This document shows positions 44,445 through 55,618 of a DNA stretch of 64,000 nucleotides, piece after piece. Source of the stretch: Azolla caroliniana (taxonomy: Eukaryota > Plantae > Polypodiophyta); assembly GCA_043228905.1 (NCBI GenBank), contig JBHGNT010000009.1, positions 7,192,001-7,256,000 on the forward strand, in the 5' to 3' direction. The notes under the pieces were generated by a model. That model did no database searches, was not told the origin of the DNA, and worked only from the letters and a program-made list of their open reading frames with translations. The translations under genes and the position numbers were made by a program. How positions within the stretch are numbered: position 1 is the stretch's first letter; each line of letters starts with the position of its first letter.

Positions 44445-45515
44445 ATGCATATTCATTCCCTGAGAATTGTGTTAACTAGGACAATGACGAGAAGGACACT
44501 CATAAAGAAGACATTGATGAAAGAGAAAGTGAAGACACCAGTGAAGGAAGGAAGAAGGACACCCATAAAAGAAAGCAAGAAGACACCCACAAGAGAAAGG
44601 GTGATGAATTCATCAACACAGAGAAAGAAGATGTACCACTCCATCAGTCGAGACACGCCTCTTGGATGGAATTATTTCCTTCGAGCACGACCTGACGTTT
44701 ATCCAGAGCTGAGAGAGTGGTTGTTAAAAACCTGGGGGTCAGCACATCCCGACACAAGGGGAGGATTCCACATAAGTGGTTTGAAGAGGGAATACATGAA
44801 TTTATTGAAGACGAGATACGAACATGTTTATGATACAAATCAAATCACTAACAATGAGGTGGGTACTGTTTTTGCACGTGCTTTTGCATGTGAAGTTCAA
44901 GGTGGCATTGACGTAAATTGGGAAGATTTTAATCGGCATCGGTCAGAACATTACAAAGGGTCCTCTAGTACCAACACTGGCTTGAAGTCATCTGGAACCT
45001 CTCATGTGGATATTCCAGCTACAACACCTGTCCACCAAGTTCTAGAGGCAAAGGTACGGGCCACAATGACTGAAAAGCATGAACAGATGATGGCCGGTTG
45101 CATAGCTTCTATGAGCTCAAGAATACAAGCACTACTTGCTAATTTGGAAGCAGTTAAATCAGCTGAGATACAGGCAGAAAAGAAATTTTCTTCAATAAAA
45201 ACTATATATGAATGGATTGCATCGACAATCCAAAATTCAGAAAGTGAGGTGTTGAAAGAGGAGTTGAAGAAAGAGCTGAACAATATGGGCACTCAATTAG
45301 GTTCACAGATGAGAGACCTTGATACTTGCAGGAATGCACATGAAGAAATAGATAATAAGTTGTCAGCCTTAAAGTTGCATTCTGAGAACCTTGCATGCTT
45401 GATGCAGGATTTAAAACAAAATGGTTTTGATACTTTGTGTCCATCTGTAATTGAGCACCCAAGTGGTATAGAAAGTACCATTATTAGTATAGCTATATCA
45501 CGGTATTGGCTTTAA
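44445..45515 (+). CDS. Unknown protein, main exon (charged N-terminus, AFACE..VNWEDF domain, coiled coil); probably TE-borne, possibly a pseudogene
   Basis: 356-codon ORF in AT-rich DNA. Upstream lie a CT-rich leader, GT-rich intron-like DNA and an exon-like block at about 43747-43855. Exact exon structure is uncertain. Confidence 0.55.
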   Translation: MHIHSLRIVLTRTMTRRTLIKKTLMKEKVKTPVKEGRRTPIKESKKTPTRERVMNSSTQRKKMYHSISRDTPLGWNYFLRARPDVYPELREWLLKTWGSAHPDTRGGFHISGLKREYMNLLKTRYEHVYDTNQITNNEVGTVFARAFACEVQGGIDVNWEDFNRHRSEHYKGSSSTNTGLKSSGTSHVDIPATTPVHQVLEAKVRATMTEKHEQMMAGCIASMSSRIQALLANLEAVKSAEIQAEKKFSSIKTIYEWIASTIQNSESEVLKEELKKELNNMGTQLGSQMRDLDTCRNAHEEIDNKLSALKLHSENLACLMQDLKQNGFDTLCPSVIEHPSGIESTIISIAISRYWL

Positions 45516-45593
45516 AAGTTATTTATTTCTACTTCTCTGGTATAAATAAGTGAGCAGCTAATATATTATAACTTGTGTTTGCAATCTTCCAAG

Positions 45594-45777
45594 TGTATAT
45601 TTTGTGGCCTCGGATTCAAGCTGGAGGCTATGGATGTTGTGATTACACCATGCTTGCACACATATCATGTGCTATGTGCTAAGTATCATTTTGAGAAAGA
45701 GAATACATGTATGGACTGTAAAACTACAATTGCGGCTGAGTGGTACTATGCTTGGGGTTTAAAAGTACACCCGTATG
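45594..45777 (+). CDS. RING-H2 (C3H2C3) zinc-finger exon
   Basis: CIFC-x15-CLHTYHVLC-x10-CMDC followed by EWYYAWG. Donor-like GTATGT at 45778. Confidence 0.75.
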
Positions 45778-47052
45778 GTATGTGGCTCTACTATTCTATT
45801 GTTTGTATTATATGATGTCAATTAACATTTGGACTAGAACTAGTGTATGCCACAATTCATACTTCAAATTTAGTGTAATCTCTAACAACTATTATGTGGA
45901 ACCCTAATTATGTGGGTTAGTATTGGCAGTACTCTTAATATATAATTGGTATGTGTAGTTGAAGGGATATTTTCCAAAATTAGTAGTACTAAAGGGGAAC
46001 CAGGTACAACATCGTCCAATCTATATTGCAACTTGCCTAGTATTAGTTTAGTAAACACTATACTTATAGTTCACTGTTGACTGTTAGTATTGTTTGTGTA
46101 ACTTGGGAATTAGTACTAGTAATGTAATGCCATGCAACTAGTCATTGACCACTCAATATATGTAAGGATAGAGGTAATTAGATTGGTGCTCTTTGTAAAT
46201 AATTGTGGATGACTTGATTATAAAGAGAGTTTCAGTGCCTCAAATCAAGTGCACGAAGATGTCCATGGAGCAAAAATATCATATGAAAGACTGATAGGGT
46301 TCTACTACATCCATGATATTGAGGTAATTAGAGCACCTAAAGGGATTTGGCTTACGAAATGACAATGCATAATTAACATCCTAAAGAGATACGAGATATT
46401 GAACCTCAAATCAACTATAGTATTATTAGAATAAAGAAGCTTAAGGAATGGGCTTGATGAAGAATCAAATTCTATATTTCAACTACGCAATTCGGTTATG
46501 TATAGGAAATTAATTAGTTTCAAATAGAAAATAAAATTTATATATTGAAGAAAGGAGAAATACTTAAAAAATGGAGATGTGCAACTATATATTCCAACTA
46601 TTTAGGTCTAGAAAATAACTGATCTTTGTGTGGGAGGTTGTGCAAAGATGACTAGACTACAAAAAGAATGGAATATGATGGAAGAATGTGTCTCCTCGTG
46701 TTATGATGATGTGGAGTAAAGTAAACCAACTATTTGTGTGCTAACATTTTTAATGTGACCAATCAATATTGTCCCTTTATGTTATGTCCTAGTAGTAGAT
46801 TTATATATATAGCACGCCCACAAAAGCCCTTAGGAAGCACACCATAATGGCCAAACAATGATACCCTTATATAAATGGACATTAGCATGACATGATCCAC
46901 TAGATAAAGAGAAATTAAATTTATTAGAGGAATTTTATCCCGAGTACATCTAAGAGAATGCCACATTAGACTTGTCATTGATATTGATGACAAGTATATA
47001 TATCGAGCCTCATAGTTCCACATTGGGCCAAATTATTGACATCTACCAAAGT

Positions 47053-48698
47053 TTAGCGCCGGCAAACCATGCCACCATTGGTGGAGGAAGCGGTACAATG
47101 TGCACCAAAATCGGCACTAGGTAACATGATCAAAGACTCGAGATCCTTTTGGAACTTGGCAGCGAGGCAATCTGTGGAGAATAGGGAAGACGCCTTGAAT
47201 TTGGATTCACCGCCCATGATAGGCATAGGTACGCCCACCTTGACCGGGTTCTTGAAGTTGGGACGATAGGTTTGACCGAGCACACCATCCACATTGTTAG
47301 ATAAGCCACGGAATTGATTGAATTGGACATTCAAGTGGGCAAAGCAATTGTCGGCCGGCAATTCGTAACGATGTAGTTGATCCTCCTCTTTCGTGATGGG
47401 CACCACCTCGACCGTAATTCCCATTAAGCCACCGTCAATGTTTATCTAGGGAATTTGCACGTTAATAAACAAAAACAAAATGCACAATCAGTTGTCTGTC
47501 CATCCAACCACTACCACGATTGATCTATGAGCAAAACATGTAAATCAACGGAATGACACTCACTCGGTAAAAAGTGCGGTGAAAACGTGTACACACTAGT
47601 TACCTGCACAATGTTTGTCTCGGAAGTTCTAAATATCTCGACCTCCCCCATGTTTGAGCTCCACTTGTTGCCCGCGCCAATGTCCAAGTCCACATCTTGT
47701 CCATCATATGTGAACACCATGTGGTCATTTTGGTCGGTCCACTGGGCCACTGTTTTGGCACCAACACTGAAAGTGTGGTTATCAAACATGATACCTAGAG
47801 CTTGGACCCATGTGAAGTCGCGCGTGCGACCCTGGGGCCGGATGCCAATGAAATGCGCGTTCACATGGAGATTTGTGTCGGAGACAAGACAAAAGTCCTC
47901 GTTCGACTTCCCATGGAAGTAGAACATGACACCATCACCTCCGACAAAGCGAGGATCGTAGCAAACGGACGAGTACCCAGAGCACTTCGGCTTGCGGTCT
48001 TCTCAAGACGAAAGGAAATGAAAGGGTGAGTTTCTTAAAATCTAGGATTAAGTCATTGTGTACCACATTCTTATTATAATGGGAATCATTAGTTGGTTGA
48101 TTGGGAGATTTATATGCAAACATGGTCAAGTGCGCCATTAATTTAAATCTAGGGTTAAGACATTGTGTACACTACATTTTTATTATAATCAGAATCATTA
48201 GTTAGTTGATTAGGAGATTTATAGGCAAACATGGTCAAGCGTGCCATTTATTTGATTGCAAATTTGATCTAACTAAATACATAAAATGAGGTGATTGCTA
48301 GCTACTACATAATCAAAAAGCCATTCATCATTTGAAATGCCAAGTAAACTCATGTGATTCATCATGCTTCATATATGTGATGATTTTAAGTGTTGAAAAG
48401 CAATATAATTACTTTTGCATGTGGTCTGGCATTTGGTGGAGCAGTCGATGAAGCACGATCGCTTCCCTGCGACACGTTTTGGGCATTGCGTGGGGCATGT
48501 CAATACTTTGAGGTAGCATTTGTTGCGAGCCAGGCACCGTGCTCGTTCCTTACCCGCCACGGTCGTTTGCATCACGTATTGTGTGGTTTGTGGGTCCGGA
48601 CGCGAGGTCGCCGCATCAACGGCCAATTGGTCTATCGCCATCATTACCATTGCCCACAATATGAGAATGCCCATCATTTTGCTGAGCATCATGGCCAT
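47053..48698 (-). CDS. Root-cap / LEA-related secreted Cys-rich protein; exons 48698-48413, 47998-47604, 47445-47053 (357 aa)
   Basis: Signal-peptide-like N-terminus. Motifs CPTQCP..CFIDC..KCQTTCK, RKPKCSGYSSVCYDPRFVGGDGVMFYFHG, RDFTWVQALG, CFAHL..F.F..LS..VDGVLGQTY, C-terminal GGMVCRR. GT-AG introns give 286+395+393 = 1074 nt in frame. Confidence 0.95.
48037..48250. repeat. ~108-bp tandem duplication in intron 1
   Basis: AAATCTAGG..CATTGTGTAC..GAATCATTAGTT..GCAAACATGGTCAAG..GCCATT occurs twice. Confidence 0.85.
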
Positions 48699-48767
48699 TG
48701 TACCTTCTTCTTTTTCTTCTTCTAAAATGCTTGTTTGTATTCTTCTTCTCTCCCTACTTTGAGCCAC

Positions 48768-48775
48768 TTTTTATA
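48768..48775 (-). promoter_or_regulatory. TATA box candidate of the root-cap gene
   Basis: TATAAAAA 70 bp upstream of the ATG. Confidence 0.6.
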
Positions 48776-50099
48776 AGGTCACTACATACCCCAATCCCCC
48801 TCTTACCCCATGGAAACACTTTCTCTCCACTTTCTTTGACATATCATCGTGTCCAAAATGTGCAAACTGTACACACACCTCATCTCTCTCTCTCTCTCTC
48901 TTATTGGTAGCATTGTTATAAGGACCTAAAAACTTCCTTATATTTATCATTTCTTTTACCATGATCCTTGGAGACGCACATATCCCATAAGCCATCTCTC
49001 TCTCTCTCTCTTATTAAGAAATATGGTGGGCATCTTATATTAATTTTCATTGGCCTAGCATGATGCCTAGTTTCAAATATCATTACTCAATTAGCTAGAT
49101 AACTATTATGAAAAGTCAATCATAAGCCTCATTCACTTGGAGGAGTTTATGACATAAACCAAATATATCTTCAATGTTCTCCAACAACGTTATTGCAAGT
49201 ATTTTACGAATGATAGGCTTGAATTAACAAAGCTCTCATTTCTAGGTGTGTTGGACTTGTTCTTGGGCCCTTTCATACCACAAGGAGCTTCATCATTGTT
49301 GTAAATATATGCTTGCGACTCACAATTACTAGGAGGAACCAACATGTATATTTTATGATGATATTCGAACGTTCCCTATGACCTACATAGGCGAAGGTGA
49401 AACATTTTCACATGTATCTCCAAAGTTGAGTTGTGACTTTCAATATTCTAGAATTTTATTAGCGAACATTGCAAGTGATAGAGAAGCTTGTGACAATGAA
49501 AGAAATGTGTATAGGATTGGCTTGGATTTGGAATGCATGTAAAATATTCTGGTCGAGGTTGGAGCATTGTTTCCAAGTATGAAACTCAAACTCATGAACA
49601 GGCTCTAAGGCAAAATATAAAATATACTTAGGGAACCATTCGCTAAATCCCTAACTCATCTAGAAGAGAACGTGGAGGTAAGTTATATGAAAGTATTGTG
49701 TTTATGGTAGAGAAAGAGAAGATTGTTTTGTAATTTGGTGCATAATATGTAATATAATATGTGAAGGATGGGTCACCACATCTCTTTCAAGTGATGATAC
49801 ATTGGTGTTGGAAAATACCATTAGAGGAATCTATTGACAAATCATGAAACATGCGTAGTGCATCCCATCTTCCATAAACTGTCCTTTTTTATCATGTGCT
49901 CTCTTTAGATTCCTTTTCAAGAATTCCACGTAGACTAAAATATATTTTTCACAAAAAGTAAGAGGGATAGTGTATCTCTCTCCAAAGCCTTTTCTTTTCT
50001 TCAAGCCTTAGGGTTTAGATGTAAACCCCTATATTACCATCGGTTTGCAAAATGTTGTGTTTAATGTTAATAATGTTTCTTTGTATTTCAATAGCATGA

Positions 50100-50161
50100 A
50101 GCAATAGGTATTCAAAGGGCGGTTACAACAGAAACAAGTTCTGTGTGTGTGTGTGTGTGTG

Positions 50162-50197
<36 letters not shown>

Positions 50198-50652
50198 CAA
50201 CAATAATAATAATGACTAACCTTATATAACTCTTTAACTCTACCAAAGTGGTTGCCCTAAGTCATATTTATACTTATATGACTATTGACAAATATGGCCA
50301 AGAAATGCACACTTGAAACATATTTACAGATATGTCCCTGGATCCAGTTCACACCGGATCCGTGTGGTCCGGTTCCTTCCTTCAACTCGTCCGATCCATC
50401 ACATCTAGATTCCTAACAAGCTCCCCCTACACTCCGACATGGGATTATTTGTCCATCCGATTTGTCTCCTGCACACGTCCAACTTGTTGGCTGACAGTGC
50501 CTTCGTCAACATGTCTGACCCATTCTCCTCCGTATGAATCTTCATCAGCAAGAACTCTTTATCTTCTACCTTCTCCCAGAGCCAATGATATCTCCTTTGA
50601 ATGTGCTTGGTCCGGAAGTGGTAGGCTAGGTTTTTTGCGAGGTGGATGGCAT
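50100..50652 (-). mobile_element. CopE: old relic of the Tork-like family (RNase H end, PPT, partial LTR)
   Basis: AIHLAKN..RTKHIQRRYHW..NGSDMLTK. PPT at 50421-50428. LTR start at 50418. Left boundary approximate. Confidence 0.8.
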
Positions 50653-53051
50653 TGTCAGGAACTGCACGCTCCGATGAACATCGCTCAGCCACAACCGAGT
50701 CTAAGATCAAAACACAGAAAAATGGGAATAAAAGCACGACACAAAGGAGAGAAGAGTACACAAGATGTTTACGTGGAAAACCCAAACTTGGGAAAGAAAA
50801 CCACGACAGCCCACAAACCGCAAACTATCACTATGTCAGAATGTACAATAAGAAAGCACCGAGGCCACGACCTCGAGCTTGCTATCTTCGCCACAGGCGG
50901 CGGTTACAATAAGAGGCAACAACCTCTTCCTCTCTCTCACTCTCTCTATACACAGTTGCGCGCTCTAATCTTGCCCCTACACACACTAAAAAGTTTGCCC
51001 TAAGTCATATTTATACTAATATGACTTTTTGGCTATTTACAAATATAGCCACGATGGACTCTCAGAAACATATTTACGAATATGTCTCTTCATCCGGTGA
51101 GCACTCGTCACTGGGTCTGCACCATCCGGCTCTCCGTAGCCGGGTACTCCTCATCCGGTTCTCACCAGGTCTGCACCATCCGGCTCTCCGTAGCCGAGTA
51201 CTCCTCATCCAGTTCCGGCCGAGGCCGATAACTCATCAACATTGTTCTTCTCGCTTCCATCGGGAGGGACCTGTCTCCCAACAAGGTCCCCCTTCACTCC
51301 GGCATGGGGTGTCTTACTAGTCTGATCCGCTTCCGGCATGCATCCAGCTTGTCGGGTATCAGCACTTTGGTCAGCATATCTGACCCGTTCTCGGCTGTGT
51401 GGATCTTCGTCAGCGCGAACTCCTGGTCATCTGATCTTTCCCGAATCCAGTGATATCTTCGCTGGATATGCTTCATCCGGGAATGGTAGGCTACATTCTT
51501 AGCAAGATGGATGGCACGTAGAGCCGGTATTCATCTTGCCTGATATCGAGCTGTCTGATGAAGTCCTTCATCCATAATATTTCCTTGCCGGCTTCCACAA
51601 CCGCCATGTACTCCGCCTCCGTGGTTGACAATGCAACCGTCTTCTGTAGTCTCGATTGCCATGAAACAGCTCCCCCTGCATATGTCATTACATACCCGGA
51701 TGTAGACCGGCTGGTATCCACATCAGCCGACATGCCCGAATCGGTGAAACCATCAAGTTGAGGTTTTCCGGAGCCGAATCGGAGACACATATTGGTAGTG
51801 CCCTTCAAGTACCGGAGTATCCATTTGACCGCGTTCCAGTGCTCCTTGCCGGGATTGCTCAGAAACCGGCTCACCACTCCGACTGCATATCCTATATCCG
51901 GTCGGGTACAAACCATTGCATACATTAAGCTCCCGATGGCAGAGGCATATGGAAACTTCATCATATCCGCCTTCTCTGCTTTCGTCTTCGGGCTTTGCTT
52001 ACCGGATAGCCTGCAGTTTGCAGGAAGTGTCGATCCGACCGGTTTTGCATCTGACATGTTGAACCACTGAAGCACCTTTGTCACGTATTTCTCCTGTAAC
52101 AGCCACAGTTGCTTCATTGGCTGGTTCCGGATGATATGCATCCCCAACATCTGTCTTGCCGGACCCAAGTCTTTCATTGAGAAGGTCCGGTTGAGAGCCT
52201 TCTTCAGCATCCGGATTCTGGCTTGGTCCCGTTTGACGATCAACATGTCATCCACGTACAGAAGGAGTATCAGGAAGTCGCCTCCTTTGAAATTCTTCAC
52301 AAACACACAATGATCGGTCTGCGTCTTGTGGTACCCTTGATCGGTCATGAAGGAGTCAAACTTCCGATACCATTGCCGGGGAGCCTGCTTCAGTACGTAG
52401 AGGCTCTTCTTCAACCGGCAAACCAAGTGCTCCTTCCCTTTCTCCACGAATCCTTCCAGTTGCTGCATGTAGATCTCCTCTTCGAGGTCACCGTGAAGGA
52501 ATGCCGTCTTCACGTCCAGCTGCTCTACCTCGAGGTCCAAGCTTGCCGCTATACTCAGCACCGTCCGGATGGAGGTCATCTTCACTACGGGGGCAAATAT
52601 CTCGTCGAAGTCCACGCCCTTCTTCTGCTAGAAACCCTTCACCACGATCCTGGCTTTGTATCTCGGGGGGTTGCCGGCATCTCCCAGTTTCAACTTGTAC
52701 ACCCACTTGTTTCGGAGTGCCCGCTTTCCTTTCGGCAACTCCACCCATTTTTACGTATGGTTCTCATGCAGGGAATCCATCTCGTTCTACATGGCACTTA
52801 ACCATTTTCGGCTGTGGATGTCATCCTTCGCTTCTTCGAAGCTTTCTGGCTCTCCCTCATCAGTCAACAGCACATACTCTGAGTCTGGAAATCTTCAGGG
52901 GGCCCTTCTCTCTCTGAGAGAAAATCTCCGTCTTTGGGCTTCGGTAAACGGCTCCTCCATTTGATCTTCATCTTCATCCGATTCGGGGTCTTGGGCGGTT
53001 CCGGTTCCAGCTTCCTCTACTTCTTCTTCTGCCGGTTCGGTATCCTCACCG
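50653..53051 (-). mobile_element. CopF: 3' half of a Tork-like copia inserted in CopE (RT-RH pseudogene 51294-53051, 3' LTR 50653-51283)
   Basis: RT/RH closely similar to CopC and CopG. PPT at about 51287-51295. LTR ends ..GTTCCTGACA. Confidence 0.92.
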
Positions 53052-53055
53052 GTTC

Positions 53056-55546
53056 GGTGTTGATCGGCCATTTCCCCTTCTTGTAGAAGTCCATGGACAT
53101 CAGGTTTATTTCTGAACCGTGGTCCACCAGCGCCACCACCGGTTCCTGAACATCCCTGATCTTCACCGAGGTTTCCGTGGTCGCTCGGGCCCAGTGTGGC
53201 CTCGAATAGTGGCTCTCCACCCACTCGTCTTCCAGCGCCATGTCCTCTATGTGCGCCGTCTGCACTTCCACCGGCCTTTCCGGTTCTACCTCCGTCAACA
53301 GCCTCTTCCTCTTCACCAAGTCCACGATGGAGTCGTGAACCTCTTTCTTGGCGATCCCGAGCACCTCCCGCAACGACAGTTCCACCTTGCTGTCGAGGAT
53401 TCGTTCTTCTAGGACCTTTCGTAGGTCCGTGGTCCTTTCGATCTCCGTGCCCAAACGGTATCCACACTTCTTGTGGTTATCCCGGGCACTGGACTCACCG
53501 GCCTCGTTCCGTTTCAGCCCGAATCGGGTTTCATATCTCTTGAGGGCCCGACCCCTCCGATCTTACCTACCCGTTTGTCTTCAACCAGAGCCTCGTAGTT
53601 CTGGCAAGCTGGTTCGACGAAACCCGTCTTTTCTTCGACCGGGTCACTCCACCCGGTTACCTCCTAGACCCGCTTATCCGCGCGGTCCGCCTCATCTCTC
53701 TTCAGTTGAGCACCGGCGAGGCCTTCCAGCACTGTCGGCCAGAACTCGGCTTTGCTCTCCTTCCGGGCCCCGCTGCCCCCGACCTGAATACCGGCTGACG
53801 CTGAGTAGTGGACGGTCTCCGCGTGCCGGGCTGCCGCCTCTTCCATCAGCCTTTTCATTCCCCCTCTCCCGTCGTTTCGGTTCAGGGCCCTCCGGGTATC
53901 GCTGGCGTGCACCCGACATTCCCACAGGTACACTACCCAGCTTCTCAAAGCCTCCATAAAGTCCCCGCAGTCTTTCCGGATGTGGCCGACCTCGTCGCAC
54001 CACATGCACCTACTTCCTGCCGGAGCCCGTCGGTCCCGAGCCTGATCGCCGCCTTCCCTCCGAGACTGGGCGATCTGGAGATCCTTTACCGCTCGTGTCA
54101 ACTCCTCCAGAGTTGTTCCCCTGGACGAGCCTCTGATCACGCCGGTCGAAGACGAACCGGTTTCGAGCCACTCCCGGTTCTCTTCCCTTCGCGCCTGTGG
54201 TACCGGTTCGAGCTTCCTTGCCGCGACAAGTCCCGCCCCGGTCGCCTCTATATCAGCCCACTCCCACCGTTTGTCAAAACAGCCGCAGACTCTCTTTACC
54301 GCAGCCCAATCGGTCGTCAGCCCGTCTTCGGTTTCCAGTAAGGAGCCAACTTGCCCCCGATCCCGTGCGTCAACCGATTTGACAAACAGTAGGACACGAC
54401 TTGTGTCTAGAACGGTCCGATTGAGCGCCGAAAGGCGCGCAAAGCGTTCCCGGAGGAGTATCGACGCATTTCTTCCTTTGTTGGGGGACTCCACCCACTC
54501 CATGAAGCTCCGCTTCGAAAGTCGAAGTGCGTCGTCCAACCCGTATTTCTCCAGGAGCCGTCCTTCGAACTCCTCCCAGGTCCGGCTCTCCGCCCGGACC
54601 TCGAGCACCTCCGCATGGATGCCTGGCATCGCCACTCGAGGGAATCCGGCAAGACGCCTCTCTTCCGGAATATCCCTCATCAACATCACCGCCCGGTAGG
54701 ACGCCAAATAACTCGTGGCATCCTTTCCACTGAACCGGCCGATCATACCGACGATCGCCTCAATAGCCCTGTCAAGGGCGCCGGTATCCTCGTGCGCGCT
54801 CACTATCCGGTCCACGGCCGAAGCCATGGCCTCTGCAAGATCCGACCCCCTCATCTTCTGCTCCTCTGCCGCTTGTTTCACGTCGGGTTCACCAAATATG
54901 TCGCATTGCTACGCGTGTGCGTGGAGAAACAAGGCGGGACCACCGAGGTCTTGAACCGAAGAGCAGGTGATAGAAGGGGGAAGAGAAAGAGAGAGACGCC
55001 CGGTCACGTATGAGCAAAGAAACACAGGGGCACGGCCTGTCAACACAGAAGACGCGAATGGACACAGAGACAGGGAGACACAAGTGTTTGTATATTAACG
55101 AATAACAAGTACACAACAGAGCACGCGAGCGGTTACGACCGAACAGGTTGGCGAACAGATGTCGATCCCTGTTCGTCTGCGCACGTAAAGGGGATAGGAT
55201 GGAGGTGATGCCGGAAGCACACGGACGTTCCTCGAAGCAGCGCGAGCCTCCCGAAACCTGCAGAGAAAAGCGATATAGAACAGAGAGAGGAGAAGCGTTC
55301 GGTTACGGTCCGACAGCACTTCGTCCTCCTCAATGCGCGCCCCCTTCTCCCTGCATCTCCCTCTCCTTTATAGCGTCAAGAAGGGAGCCGTCTCCCTCAT
55401 TTACTTCCTACCTACCGAATCTAACTACCCAAGATCTCTCTATGTACCTAATTCTCTATTATATACATTAAGAGTGCGCCCACGTGAAGGGCCGGTTCAT
55501 GTGCGCTATTCACCGATTGCGCCAAGGGACGGTTTTCTTCACGACA
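53056..55546 (-). mobile_element. GypII-b: truncated second GypII copy (5' LTR 54899-55546, PBS, gag, start of protease)
   Basis: Colinear with 26602-29104; breaks off after WPINT. Confidence 0.94.
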
Positions 55547-55618
55547 ACGCGACATTATACAAGGTGGGAGGAGGGTGCTTTATATATTCACTCTCTCTCT
55601 TCATTAACTACAAGACTC

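Larger units (their letters stand above)
43048..46160 (+). other. ~3-kb cassette bounded by 36-bp direct repeats
   Basis: TAATGCCATGCAACTAGT(T/C)ATTGACCACTCAATATA at 43048-43083 and 46125-46160 (1 mismatch). Confidence 0.75.

Noticed and set aside
48699-48767. N-terminal extension of the root-cap ORF in the ORF track
   Set aside because: It starts at GTG directly next to the TATA box; the ATG at 48698 gives a proper signal peptide.
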